Assembly (NCBI GenBank): GCA_964016885.1
Contig: OZ024743.1
Span: forward strand, 279,744,001-279,808,000
Length of the DNA stretch: 64,000 nucleotides
Direction: 5' to 3'
Origin: Eledone cirrhosa
Lineage: Eukaryota
Position numbers and translations under genes: made by a program. The notes below the pieces were generated by a model, which was given only the letters and a program-made list of their open reading frames with translations, ran no database searches and was not told the origin of the DNA. Of the stretch, positions 29,290 to 46,063 are shown in pieces (within the stretch, counting starts at the first letter, position 1; each line of letters begins with the position of its first letter).

Positions 29290-29450
29290 TAGGTTTCTCG
29301 GGTTGTATCGGGGGTAATCACAGTTACAAATAGTACTCAGTACGTTGGTAGAGTATATGCAACTTTATTAGAAATATTGTATTCGTATTATTACTGATGA
29401 TTCATACAAATGAAACTGTTCTAGTCCTGTAGAATTCATATTAATATAAA
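29290..29450. mobile_element. pLTR terminus fragment plus HHR-like motif (29394-29425)
   Basis: Terminus resembles 15625-15670 and 30640-30690; CTGATGA..GAAACTGTTCTAGT resembles 3244-3276. Confidence 0.55.
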
Positions 29451-29721
29451 TATAAATATATATATATGTGCGTGTGTGCGTGTGTAGATAAATATATATG
29501 TATATTAAGACAATCTCAGCTAAGTTCTCAATACTTCGGAAAGTAGAGTGTAGAGTATTGTAAAGAGTATATGACCACCAAGGGCTCAGTCATCGGGCAC
29601 TACTAACTCTTTGCAACACACACACACATATATATGTATAGTATTTTTTTAGTAAAGCCTGTGTGAAGTGACGGGTTTATGCGCATGCGCGTTCGTACGG
29701 TGGTCCTTCCTGTTCCGTATA

Positions 29722-29779
29722 ACCATGCCCATTACGAGCTGAGGATCCGCTAAGGTGAAACAATTGTTCTCGGTATGGT
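29722..29779 (+). ncRNA. Type I hammerhead ribozyme in a solo about 210-bp element (29658-29870)
   Basis: ACCATGCC..CGAG-CTGAGGA-tCC(GCTAA)GGt-GAAAC-AATT-GTT^CTCG-GTATGGT; palindromic stem III ACAATTGT; extended stem I. Confidence 0.75.
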
Positions 29780-29867
29780 GAACTAACTGTTGTGTAACCA
29801 CTTTTACCTAACTCGTCCCATGGACTGAGTGCTCTACCACTACGGATATTACCTTTCAGAGTTCTAC

Positions 29868-29893
<26 letters not shown>

Positions 29894-29902
<9 letters not shown>

Positions 29903-30223
29903 TAAAAGGAAAAGAAAATGCTGACAAATTCTTCCCAGTGAAAAATAGTTTAATTAGCAATAAGTATAAATTAGTAATAAGTATTGGTTAGTATTCATTT
30001 TTAGTTTTAAGTTTTTACCGGTTACGCATTTCTAATGCTTTTCAAAAATAATTTTGATCTCAAAATTATTTTTGAAAAGCATTAGAAATGCGTAACCGGT
30101 AAAAACTTAAAACTAAAAATGAATACTAACCAATACTTATTACTAATTTATACTTATTGCTAATTAAACTATTTTTCACTGGGAAGAATTTGTCAGCATT
30201 TTCTTTTCCTTTTACTAATATAT
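29894..30223. repeat. Perfect palindrome, about 164-bp arms with 2-nt spacer; tail-to-tail PLE pLTR fragments
   Basis: Centre TTTTGA-TC-TCAAAA at 30058-30059; same family as 53125-53295. Confidence 0.9.
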
Positions 30224-30386
30224 CACAAATCGTGTGTTACACCTCTATTTTTTTAAATATATATATATATATATATAGTAATAATAATATAGGTGAGACT
30301 AAAATCCAAAGAGGGCTCGATAAGGATAATATATATATATATAAAATATATAAAACTGTAAAGCAAATATTATGTGCTTAAACTTT

Positions 30387-30555
30387 GGGTCGGACGCCAT
30401 GCTTTGCAGCAAAGAGTTACGGCCCTTTATGGTTTGAGTTCAAATCCCGCCGAGGTTAACTTTGCCTTTCATCCTTACGGGGTCGATAAAATAAAGTACC
30501 AGTAATACACTGGAATAATTGCTGGCCATGTGCCAAAAGTCGAAACAATTATTTG
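30387..30555 (+). mobile_element. tRNA-derived SINE copy (5'-truncated)
   Basis: Similar to 10021-10190. Confidence 0.82.
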
Positions 30556-30579
30556 CTTAAACTTTAATCTGTTATTTTA

Positions 30580-30631
<52 letters not shown>

Positions 30632-30636
<5 letters not shown>

Positions 30637-31940
30637 GTTTATCCCGTGTTCAATAAGGGGTAACCACAATAAGTAAGGTATTCAATACAAAGCAGAGTAT
30701 GAATATTTAATATAGAAAAGGCTTCAACACTAGAAAGGTTTCATTCGGGATAAATCATCAGCAATATGGTGATATTTATATCTTTTCTGGTGGTAGGAGA
30801 AGGTGGTAATTGGGATGGGTGTAGGTCATTGGTTGATGGGTTTAAAGAAAAGGGAATTCTTTAAAAACTATATTAAGAGTAACAAAGTGAGAAAAAATTC
30901 TATAAACAGTTTGAACTTAGAATCTAAAGAATTCTAAGTTCAAATTGAGGGTGCCAACTTTGTCGAGTGGGTTTTTTTTTGTTATCTCTCTGGCTTCAAC
31001 ACTGGCTTAAGATATTTGAAAGCTGCAAAGCTTTTGTGCATGCCATTCGGGCAGTGTTCAGAGAATTTATTCAGTGTCGGGACCTTAGCAAATAGTATTT
31101 TGTAGCTCTCTGAAATACAAAGGTCACAACACTTGTGTCGTCCCATGTATGAGTGCTTTCTGGAATAATTTCCATTTGTGAAAGGGGTGGAGTTCGTTTT
31201 GAGGTCACACACATCGGAGGTGAGGGTTGTCTGATTGGATTTGTCTGATGTTCTGAATGAGTGGGTATGGGCATACCACCGGGTGTTAAAATTGCTGTAT
31301 TTTTTGTTTTTGTCACCAGTGCCTGAGATGACATCACATTTATATACGATGTCATTCGTCAGGTAATTGTTTTCAAGTGGGCAGGCTTCCTTATTTTGGC
31401 AGTTGCACAAAGCTCCCGTCCGGGGATGGGTTTCGGAGCTAGTAGGCTTATTTAATTTTGTAGTGTTGAGATTGGCCATATTCCTAGCTAGGTTAGGTGT
31501 AATGGAGTATGAGATTCTTATTGTATTCTTATTAAAGATAGTGGAGTGTCTATGGTGTGTGGGGAAGTGTATATTCAGCAATTTGAAAAAGTCCTAGCTA
31601 TAGGTGTAGACAGCTCTTCATTGTAGGGGGGGGGGGGGGCAAGTAATCCACCTATGCCTATTTCTCCTAGGTAATCTTGGTGTAGTTTCTATGATTAGAC
31701 CGAGATGATGGCCTTTTAGCCTTGCACAAAGTAAATCCCAGAACCACTGATGGGTTTCTGAGAAACTTAAGCTCGTTCTCCGTAATCTAGCATTTAGAAT
31801 AAATAAATATTTAATAAGAATAAATCTTTAATAAGAATACAATAAGACTCTGAGCACAAATTCTCTGAGCACAGCCCGAATTTCATTCACAAAAGTTTTG
31901 CAGCTTTCAAATATCTTAAGACAGTGTTGAAGCCAGATGG
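30632..31940 (-). pseudogene. Degenerate Naiad-type PLE 3' part (linker + GIY-YIG, HHR about 30735-30765, short inverted copy 31890-31937)
   Basis: HFP..IFNKNTIRISYS..PN, CNC....CPL, DIVYKC, CDLCISE, TLNKFSE parallel the 4181-6867 protein. Confidence 0.82.
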
Positions 31941-32306
31941 ATTTCACACCCAACCACCCTACCCCCTACACCATCTCGACCCAACACACGGTACAATGGT
32001 TATGTAAGTATTTCTTACCTATCTGCCTTTGCCACATGCATAACGTAGTTGAATTGTGCCTCTATGTGAGTATATATTTGTGTGTGTGTGTATATATGTT
32101 GTATGTTTGTGTATATATATATATATATATGTGTATGTATGTATATGTATGTATGTGTGTATATATATATATATATGTATATATGTGTATATATGTATAT
32201 ATGTACATATATATATATATATATATATATGTATTATATATATATATATGTGTGTATATGTGTATATATGAGTTTATATGTATATGTGTATATATATGTA
32301 TATGTG

Positions 32307-32359
<53 letters not shown>

Positions 32360-32365
32360 ATGTAT

Positions 32366-32397
<32 letters not shown>

Positions 32398-32505
32398 GTA
32401 TATATGTATAGGTATATATATGTATATATGTGTGTATATGTATGTTTATATATGTATACGTGTGTATATGTATGTATGTATGTGTATATATGTATGTGTA
32501 TATGC

Positions 32506-32555
<50 letters not shown>

Positions 32556-32919
32556 ATTTGTATATATACATATGTGTGTATGTATGTGTGTATGTATATA
32601 TATATATATATGTCTGTGTGGGTTTTTATGTGTATGTATATATAAATATATATCTGTGTGGGTGTGTGTGTATGTGTATATATGTATGTATGTAGGTGGT
32701 TTGTATATATATATATGTATATATTTGTGTTAGTATATATGTGTGTATGTATATATACATGAATATGTATATGTATTTGTATGTATATATATATATATGT
32801 ATATATATATGTATATATTTTTCCTAACGATCGACTTTCGTCAAATCGGACCGAGGAAACAGTGTTTCCATTGGTCTTTCCAATTGCTAATACTATCTAT
32901 CGGTCGCAACTCCAGGTAG

Positions 32920-33038
32920 AAGGAGCAACGTGAAATAAAGTGTCTTGCTCAAGGACATAAGGCATCGGCCGGTCCAGGAATCGAACTCTCAACCTCACGA
33001 TTGCGAATCCAGTTCTCTAACCACTCAGCCTCACGCCT

Positions 33039-33041
<3 letters not shown>
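32920..33041 (-). mobile_element. MIR/CORE-type tRNA SINE fragment
   Basis: Minus strand GGCTGAGTGG (A box), GAGTTCGATTCC (B box), GTCCTTGAGCAAGACACTT core. Confidence 0.75.
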
Positions 33042-33133
<92 letters not shown>

Positions 33134-33164
33134 TTACATGTATATATATGTATGCGTGTGTGTA

Positions 33165-33400
33165 TCTATATATCTAAAACAGAGAATGTCTGTCTGTCTG
33201 TACCCCAAAAACTCGAGAACCACCCAACGGATCCTTTTCAAACTTTACACATGTAATACGTATGGTCGTGTGGGTGTTTTGAGCAAAAAATATTTCAAAT
33301 TATCCACGCCCGAGGGTCCGCATTAGGCGCCGGTTAGCGTCTCTCCAAGATATACTTACACAGGAATACAAGTGAAGTCATAAACTCGTCATTCACGTAA
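33165..33400 (+). mobile_element. Non-autonomous Helitron 5' fragment
   Basis: A^TCTATATATCTAAAAC..GTCTGTCTG start resembles 39384. Confidence 0.5.
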
Positions 33401-33500
33401 ACCTCTTGTTGTGTCTTACAACGCCGTACGCTTATACTATTCATGATAAGAAGTTTTCACAACCTCTAATCGGATTACCTTTAACAATATCTTGTTATCT

Positions 33501-33531
<31 letters not shown>

Positions 33532-33569
33532 ATGTGTGTGTGTAAGTGTATGTGTGTGTGTGTGTGTAA

Positions 33570-33613
<44 letters not shown>

Positions 33614-34269
33614 CTTAGAATTATTCTCCATGCCATACACAATAAATTCCCAATTTATTGAAATTTACTGCAAGTGGAATTTGTTCTCGAAAAAATATAA
33701 TTAAAGCTTAATTTACCGAATTAATTTCTATGCTTAAGTAAAGGACATACAAATCTTTATTGGCAGGTGACGGTCAACAACAGACGACATTTTAGGTGTA
33801 TTTTGCTGTGTCGGCATAATACGCTGTTGAAAAAATGTGTATCTATAGTTTTAGTCATGAATATTGTCCATTATTGAAATTAGAAGGAAACGAATCAAAG
33901 AACATAAAGGCGCTAATAGCAGGAATTTGGATAATTAAGTTAATGATGGGATGTACTGAACAAGGTACTCGATAAACTCCTCATACATTGAATTATTCCT
34001 TTCGGTTTGATGAAGAAATATTCGGAATTAAATTCCCTTTTCTTTGAGAATCGCCCATAATTACTACTAGGTTTTGGTACGGCTTTCTAGAAACAAAATT
34101 GCACTGAATGAAGAAATAATTGTGTACGACCTTCAGTACACTACGCCATCTTATTTAATTATCTAAATTCATACAATTAATAACTTTTAGTTATTTTTGG
34201 TTGTGTCTTTCTTTTGTTTTCTTTTTCTTTGTTTTTGTTTTTCGATTATGTTAACACCACCTCTTAGTC

Positions 34270-35790
34270 TATGCTAAGTATCTGGCAATAAGTGGAGAGA
34301 AAACTTCGCTGATCTTCTAAACGCACATCACGATCTTCTTATGTACATGAGGTGCATCTAGGAGCAATGGATAACTTGTTGGAGGCTGAGGTGGCAGAAC
34401 AATTAAAGAGCTTAAATGTGGCAAGGCCTCTGGCGAGGAAGAAATTCGGCTCGAGTTAATAGACTATAATAGAGAAGGCATGCCTGGCTGACTCAGGTCT
34501 GTTGGGTGGCCTGGATCTCTGGAAAGATAATCCCAATTTTACAAAAGGCGAGAGAAGTGATATTGCTCTAATTATAGAGGGCTCTCCTTATAATCCCCCC
34601 CTCCCCGGTAATGTCTCACAAAAAATGTATGGATACAGTTAAGTCCAAGCGAGATTGCGACGGTGTGGTTACTGCCCTAGATTCTGCACAACCAAACAAA
34701 TATCCACACTGCTGCAGGTCTTTGAGAAATCGTGGGAATATTACCAAGAGGTGTATGCTTGTTTCGGAGGCCTCGAAAAAGCACACGACTGCGCTCTTCG
34801 AGACCTGATGTGGAAGGTTATGCTGGAGTATAGGATCGATTGTCAGCTTCTTGTTGCCTTGAAGTCTATATATGAATGCCATAGTATTTGTGTTCGATTT
34901 AATTGGGCTACATCGAAACAATTCAATGTGGGTGTTTGTACCCACAGATGGTTCGAACTGTCAACAGTTCATAATATTCTTGAACAAGTTCAAGATCTGC
35001 AGCTGGGCTGCAAGTGATGGTATCAAGATTGGCGGGTGTAGGATCAGTCGGCTTGAATTTGAAAACGGCATTGTAATACTTAACTCGTGATCTTCGACAT
35101 GCATTTGATAGGTTGGCTGCCGAATATTGCATGACAGTAATGAGAATCAGTGCTGCAAAACTGAGGCACTCGTCCTCTCAACAAAGAATTCAGCATTCTA
35201 AGCGAGTTGAATTCCAGTGAAGCTGGTCGAAATGTTTAAGTATCTTGGAAACGTTTTCACGAGTGATGGAAAATGGGAGGCTGAATTATGTGCATAAATT
35301 GCAGGAGCTATTGAATTAATGCGGCAGCTTCAGCATTCAGTCTTCTGAAGAAGGGAGATAGGAGTAACAGCCAATCTCTAGGATATTGTATTCGTGATAA
35401 ATCTTACATATGGCTATGAATCTTGTGTATTGACCGAAAGAAAACGACCTTGAATGCCAGCTGTCGAAATGAGATTCCTCTCAAGGGTCCTTAGAGTAAC
35501 GCTACACGATAGAGCGTGTAGCTCTGAGATCAGGGAGTCGCTCCAGACAGAGCTGCTGCTTCACCGAATTGAAAGATCACAGTTCCGATAATACGGTGAT
35601 ATGATACGAATGTCTCAGATCCTACCGCCAAATTCAGCCACAAACGACGCAGAGATAGAGACCGTGCAAGATGGTTGGATAATATTGATGAGACCCGCTG
35701 GTCTCGCTTGGGGTCCAGCCGGATCAATTTGAAGACGGTTGCATCAGACAAGTCCACTGGGAAGGTGTGTTTGAAGAAACTGCCCGAAGA
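34270..35790 (+). pseudogene. Degenerate RTE-clade LINE (RT domain to 3' end)
   Basis: NYRG.SL, EKSWEY..VYACF..LEKAHD, FKYLG..F..DG, YGYES, EMRFL remnants with many stops and frameshifts. Confidence 0.8.
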
Positions 35791-37607
35791 AGAAGATTAC
35801 GCAAAATGTTTTCAGCCAAAAAACGTTATCTCTTCTTCTATATATATAGAAACACATGCCCTGATCAGCAAGCTTAAACAGACAGTACTATACTGATGCG
35901 ATCAAACAATCCGAAATATATGTTCACATCTTCCATTAATTGCAAGCAAAAATCGGGCTAATCGTTTTGTGAAAATGATCTCCAGATTTCTTTGAAAGAT
36001 GCTACCAAATACTGCTATAATCATTGTTTGCTTCTTAAAATTACAGGACAAAAAAACAAAACCTGACAAAGAGCGGAAGAACTCATAAGAGTCAACGGCC
36101 ATCTAAAAAACAAAAAATCCTCCCAAATCAATGGGTGGCAGTAGTTCCAGCTGCATGCATCGAAAGACTGGTGTAGTGGTTCTGAGAACAATGCGGCTTT
36201 GCAGATGATCAATGCAAATTGACAATGGAAAGGCGCTCCCGCCTGAGTAGAAGAGAACTATTGACCTTCAGAAGCAGCGAACTCTGATTGTGTTCAGCAA
36301 CCGAAACAAATATGAAGTACACCAAATCCAATACTCCTCGGGGCGGCCCTGGTTCTTCTTATTTGCGAGTGTAAACTCGGCCAGATTTCATTAGATTAGA
36401 TTATTAATAAATCAGAATATATATATATATACAGTTCAGAGTACAGCGGCTTCAATTTAATAATTTAAAGTTGCGATAAGATATTGTATAATATATATAT
36501 GGATCATTCCTTCAGGAGTGGAAGAGCAAACAAGATTGAGGGTTATTGCTAAATCCCTACAGTTCGTTTCTCAAACAGTCACACTAGTAGGTTATACTTC
36601 GAGAGTTTAGGACTTAAATGTGATAAGTTAATCAACAGACACCGGAAGAGATTACGAATGTTGACCAAAGTCTTAGCCGAGTCTTTTAAAATGTATCTAG
36701 ATGCATTTCTAAATATCTTTTAATAAAACGAAACAAGTTCCACCAATTCGCTGATCCACTACATACAGATGTCACAGACAAAGATAAATCCAACAAAACC
36801 GTTGAACTACTTAATACGCAGAGGTGAACCAAACAGAATGAAACCTCTGAAGTTCGATGGTCGTGTTACACACGACCTTGACCGATATGACTAAATCACG
36901 CTAAAGAAATAATAATAGGCGCATGTACTCTTTCTATGTCTATATGAATATATATGCATGTGTGTGTGAGTGTCACAATTTTTTGCCGCCTCTTTAGGGG
37001 ATTGTTGGAAATTGTGTTTGTGGAAAGCGTGGGATTATATACAAAAATGAGAAGGCTAGCAGTTGTCGTTGTTGTTTAGGTCAGGTTAATACTGACGTAT
37101 TTGTGAGCGAGACACTTTATTCAACGTTCCCCCAGGCCAATCAGTAGGAAAAATGAATTGTAACTGAAATTCAATGATATGCCGAATCTCATTGAGAATT
37201 GTGTTATGTGTACATGTGTCATAGGAATACTCAGTCACTTGCACGTTAATATTCAACGTGGAAAATGACGGAGAAGATCTATAAACAAAAATAATCATTC
37301 TGTTATTTTATATCTAGGACCATTGGTCCACTGAATATATTTTGAGATAATATAGCATGAACTAAGGGTATTTAGCTGCTATGCCAAGTAAGTCTAGCGT
37401 CGACAGTAACATTACGTCACAGGTACACTCAAGTACAGTTTAAGTACAAACATTCAAACATGTGCTATCTTCTGATGAAAATAAAGTATTTAAAGAAGAT
37501 ATAAGAGAAGAGGGAATTTTAAATGATAATGGATAGGTCTCTTTGATGATGTATATATTATACACGGGTGCTTACATGAATAATATATATGTATATATAT
37601 AAGCACG

Positions 37608-37638
<31 letters not shown>

Positions 37639-37745
37639 ACACATATATATAATATAAATATATACATATATATATATATATACACATATATATATGTGTG
37701 TGTGTGTGTGGATATATATATGTGTGAGTAATAGGCATATATATA

Positions 37746-37828
<83 letters not shown>

Positions 37829-37854
37829 ATATATATATATGTGTGAGTAATAGG

Positions 37855-37921
<67 letters not shown>

Positions 37922-37925
37922 ATAT

Positions 37926-39225
37926 TGTTATGCTTTAGGAGGTTCATGTTGCCAATAAGAAACACACGCACCAGTTGCTTTATTTCCAATTTATTATAAA
38001 TTAAATTTATAAATTTCCGGTTGGTTGGTTGGTTCCATAACCGGACTGTTGTTCATATATTGTCAAAGTTCTTTCGTCACACATTCATCCACCGTATGGA
38101 GTTCTCCGGTTACAATCAGAGAGATAAACTCAGAGTATATAGAGGAGTCAGAACCAAATGGGAAAGCATGGTAAATAATGATACAAATGGGACCTGCCCC
38201 TTGTAAAGGAGCAAATTTTGGAATAGAATAGAAACAACTAGGAATAAGGTTAATAGAATAAACTCATGGTATGATAGCAATAAAACCAGAGTGTAATGTT
38301 CATCAATACAACCCCTAGAGGTGAATTAGCTTACAAATTTAGAAGGGCTCTAGATAAACATAAACTTAATATTAAGATAGTAGAAATACCAGGTACCTCT
38401 ATAAAAACACTTATTAGCAATACATACCATTTTCAAAGACCTCCCTGAAGAGATAAGAAATGCATAATCTGTAAACTAAGCTCCCATATTAACTGTAAAA
38501 CTAGAAATGTAGTATATAGCATAAGATGTACTGAAGGACAATGTAAAGATAAGAATATAGTGTACAAAGGTGAGACAGCTGGTAGTATAGGAGAACGGTT
38601 AAATGAACACTGGCAAGAACTTCAAGATAAAAAAGAATCATCAATACTCCAGGAACATGCTAAAATAGAACATAAGGGCAAATTAGAGAACATAGAAATA
38701 AAAATAGAATCTACACACAGAAAAGACGCAATGTTTATACAAATCACAGAGGCAATAAAGATAAATGAACTCCAACCAAAATTAAATAGAAAATATGAAT
38801 GGAATAGCAACATCACAACTTACAATTAAAGACAAAATGAAAACACACACACACATATAACAAACAACCAACCAGTAACATGTAAATAAACAAATAAATA
38901 AACAAATATAAACACACACAGACACCCGGATGTAACACGTGCGCAAACTAAACACGCAACACACACAAAAACAAGATGGCGTAGCACAGAACAAAGGAGA
39001 GGCACAAAAACAAAGAAAAGAATCCCCAGTCACTGAAGAGGTCACATAATGTGTGACGAAAGAACTTTGACAATATATGAACAACAGTCCTGTTATGGAA
39101 CCAACCAACCAACCGGAAATTTATAAATTCTTAAATTTATAAATTTAATTTAAAATAAATTGGAGTGAAAGCAATTGGTGCGTGTGTTTCTTATTGGCAA
39201 CATGGCCATCCCAAAGCATAACAAT
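37926..39225 (+). mobile_element. Truncated PLE: inverted pLTR (37926-38087), GIY-YIG remnant (about 38090-38829), 3' pLTR with HHR
   Basis: NVVYSIRC..YKGET..ERLNEH..EAIKI..PKLNRK.E; 37926-38087 is approximately the reverse complement of 39046-39225. Confidence 0.82.
39029..39071 (+). ncRNA. Type I hammerhead ribozyme
   Basis: GTCA-CTGAAGA-g-GTCACA(TAATG)TGTGAC-GAAAG-AA-CTT^TGAC. Confidence 0.75.
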
Positions 39226-39281
39226 ATCGGTTTAAACACACGTTTTCAGATAAAGAATCTTGCTAAACAAATTCAGAAACG

Positions 39282-39346
<65 letters not shown>

Positions 39347-39383
39347 TTCATTTATTTATTTATCTATATGACACGTATACTTA

Positions 39384-41173
39384 TCTATATATATAAAACT
39401 GTGGTTGTCTGTCTGTCTATCGATTTTTGGCACACATCTCCTCTTAGAATCTCTCACGGAATTGCACCGAAATTTCTATACTTGTACATTGAGCCCTAGC
39501 GAAGACATCGGAAAAAAAAAATTTCAAATTGACCCACTCTATGTGACGAAATCGAATATAATGTATCGATTTTTGAGCGTAAGTTATCAGTTATTTCCCT
39601 TTGTTCTGTTTACATTGAGCGTCTTACGTAAAAAATTACGCTGGCTTTAACAGTTGTCGAGCCAGCAAAATATTGACCTGCAAAATTCATCAGTTCGAAC
39701 ACTAAGCTTCCGTTTTGCTTCATTTCCATTTAAAAGCATTTTAAAACAATATTTTTACTTGAAAACAAGTCTATTTAAAGACTACGTAAAACAAGCAAAT
39801 ATTTCGTCGTTAGGCGTGCAGACAGACAGTCGTGCAGACAGACAGTCGTGCAGAGAGGTGATATACGCGTGCAGACAGATAGTCGTGCAGAGAGGTGATA
39901 TAGGCGTGCAGACAGACAGTCGTGCAGAGAGGTGATATAGGCGTGCAGACAGACATCTATATATATAAAACTGTGGTTGTCTGTCTGTCTATCGATTTTT
40001 GGCACACATCTCCTCTTAGAATCTCTCACGGAATTGCACCGAAATTGCTATACTTGTACATTGAGCCCTAGCGAAGACATCGGAAAAAAAAATTTCAAAT
40101 TGACCCACCCTATGTGACGAAATCGAATATAATGTATCGATTTTTGAGCGTAAGTTATCAGTTATTTCCCTTTGTTCTGTTTACATTGAGCGTCTTACGT
40201 AAAAAATTACGCTGGCTTTAACAGTTGTCGAGCCAGCAAAATATTGACCTGCAAAATTCATCAGTTCGAACACTAAGCTTCCGTTTTGCTTCATTTCCAT
40301 TTAAAAGCATTTTAAAACAATATTTTTACTTGAAAACAAGTCTATTTAAAGACTACGTAAAACAAGCAAATATTTCGTCGTTAGGCGTGCAGACAGACAG
40401 TCGTGCAGACAGACAGTCGTGCAGAGAGGTGATATACGCGTGCAGACAGATAGTCGTGCAGAGAGGTGATATAGGCGTGCAGACAGACAGTCGTGCAGAG
40501 AGGTGATATAGGCGTGCAGACAGACAGTCGTGCAGAGAGGTGATATAGGCGTGCAGACAGACATAACTGATAATTTGGTTACGCTAATGTTTTTCTCTGC
40601 GTTGCAGTGTTTACATTTTCGATCTTTGTTAATAAATAACCAGTGCAGTTTCTATCCCCAGCATCCTCTTTTGTTATAACATTCGGGTTATCGTTATGTT
40701 TTCTTAACTTCATAAGGCATATTGTTGGTTGAGGGAATATTAATCAAAAACACCACATGCAAGTCTGCACAGTAGACACTACAGTTTTTAAGCCAAGAAA
40801 GAAACTTAACATTGTAACTTTAACACAGCTACTGAGCGACCCCGAGCAACGCCGGGCTTTACTGCTAGTAACTGATAATTTGGTTACGCTAATGTTTTTC
40901 TCTGCGTTGCAGTGTTTACATTTTCGATCTTTGTTAATAAATAACCAGTGCAGTTTCTATCCCCAGCATCCTCTTTTGTTATAACATTCGGGTTATCGTT
41001 ATGTTTTCTTAACTTCATAAGGCATATTGTTGGTTGAGGGAATATTAATCAAAAACACCACATGCAAGTCTGCACAGTAGACACTACAGTTTTTAAGCCA
41101 AGAAAGAAACTTAACATTGTAACTTTAACACAGCTACTGAGCGACCCCGAGCAACGCCGGGCTTTACTGCTAG
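39384..41173 (+). mobile_element. Non-autonomous Helitron with a second copy (39956-40868) nested inside it
   Basis: 5' TC after A; 3' CCCG-AGCAACGC-CGGG hairpin then CTAG before T, each present twice; internal 37-bp minisatellite. Confidence 0.88.
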
Positions 41174-41189
41174 TATATATATATATATA

Positions 41190-43012
41190 TATTTACGTAG
41201 AGCACGGATCCTATGTGCATAAACACACATGTACCGTGTCGTATTTTGACAGTATTGCATAAGCTCAATGTACGAGAACAGAGCCGTTATATGTAAAAGA
41301 AATCAAAGAACGCTTACATACTCAAACAGTTTTTATTTGCTGACAATGTTTCATCCATACCGTACGGCAGGTATCATCAGAGCTTAATAAACAAAAACAC
41401 AGTGCTGAGTATAGGCTCTACCAAGCTTAGTCACACAAACAATTGGAATATAATAGAGTGTAAAAATAGTGAGATCGGAGATGGCGAATAAAGAGAGAGT
41501 ACATGTTGGGGTTGATATTAAGCACTACAGCTAAATGCTAGGGTACAGGCAGATTTTTTCACAAGATGCAGATGCAAGTGATGGCACACAAAAGCAAAAA
41601 GTATAAACAATGGTTAAAACATATAATAAAAAGGTAAAAGGAAGATAATATAAAGAGATAAAAATAAATAAAAAAGATAAATAATTTTAAAAAGAAAAAA
41701 GTAAAAAAGTAAAAAGAAAAAAGAAAAAAGAAAAAAGAAAAAAGAAGAAAAAAAAGAAGAAAAAAAAGAAGAAAAAAAAAGAAAAAAAGAAAAAAGAAAA
41801 AGTTTTAAGCACATAAAAAGCCAGAAGAAGTAAAGCGCTGGTCCCTATATATAACAAGTGAATAAGATCTCCGTAACTTATAGTTATATAAATACTAAGA
41901 GGTCCTTAAGGTACCTCCAGAAATCCCAAGGTGATTTTAATTCTCTTCATAGTATACATAAACAAGGTATACTAGTAGGTAATTGAATTACGTGGCCCAT
42001 GGGTATTCAACAAGTATATAGACAGGTACCACATACATACGAGCCATACACAAGCAAAGCGGTGTTATTACAAGATAAAGATGAAGCAAAAAACCTAACA
42101 ACAATGGTTTAGTTACTGTAAAAAACAACACACATCTGGCAAAGCGTTAGTACATATGCATGTTTACCGTAAAGGTTAGACCAATCGGTTACATATGCCT
42201 CGACTGTCTAGGGGTTATAGAGATATTGGATTGTCAGTAGATAACAAATCAGTCCAGATTATACAACATATGTAGATCGTTCATAAAGTACAAATTAGTT
42301 GGATTTATACGGTCACCTAAACATAACCTCACATCTAGTAACATGTATTACATGCTGGATCTATACATCAAAATATCTCTACATGTTTAAGAGCCCAGAC
42401 GGTGTTATATATAGGGACCAGCGCTTTACTTCCTCTGGCTTTTTATGTGCTTAAAACTTTTTCTTTTTTTCTTTTTTTCTTTTTTTCTTTTTTCTTTTTT
42501 CTTTTTTTCTTTTTTCTTTTTTCTTTTTTCTTTTTTCTTTTTTCTTTTTTCTTTTTTCTTTTTTCTTTTTCTTTTTTTCTTTTTTCTTTTTTTCTTTTTA
42601 TCTTTTTTTCTTTTTTTCTTTTTTTCTTTTTTCTTTTTACTTTTTTACTTTTTTCTTTTTAAAATTGTTTATCTTTTTTATTATTTTTTATCTCTTTATA
42701 TTATGTTCCTTTTACTTTTTTATTATATGTTTTAACCATTGTTTATACTTTTTGCTTCTGTGTTCCATCACTTACATCTGCATCTTGTGAAAAAATCTGC
42801 CTGTACCCTAGCATTTAGCTGTAGTGCTTAATAGCAACCCCAACATGTACTCTCTCCTTATTCGCCATCTCCGATCTCCCTATTTTTACCCTCTATTGTA
42901 TTCCAATTATTTGTGTGACTAAGCTTGGTAGAGCTTATACTCAGCACTGTTTTTGTTTATTAAGCTCTGATGATACCTGCCGTACGGTATGGATGAAACA
43001 TTGTCAGCAAAT
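41190..43012 (-). mobile_element. ORF-less PLE remnant with about 520/610-bp inverted arms (41337-41856 / 42403-43012)
   Basis: Reverse-complement arms, an HHR in each, pLTR tail homologous to the Naiad pLTR. Confidence 0.8.
42964..43008 (+). ncRNA. Type I hammerhead ribozyme (identical inverted copy at 41339-41383)
   Basis: GCT-CTGATGA-..TGCCG(TA)CGGTA..-GAAAC-ATT-GTC^AGC. Confidence 0.75.
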
Positions 43013-43018
43013 ATATAT

Positions 43019-45914
<2,896 letters not shown>

Positions 45915-46063
45915 GAAGTTATATTTAATTTAAAATATGTATTTTATCTGAAGAAAGCGCACCATAATTTGCCTTGGTTGCCCTTGAAATATGTATAATA
46001 AAATAAATATGCTTTTATAAATATAGTTTCCATTTATTAATATATTGTATATATATATATATA

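Noticed and set aside
39800-40563. Regular 37-bp repeats resembling a CRISPR array
   Set aside because: No unique spacers and no cas genes; a minisatellite inside a Helitron in eukaryotic DNA
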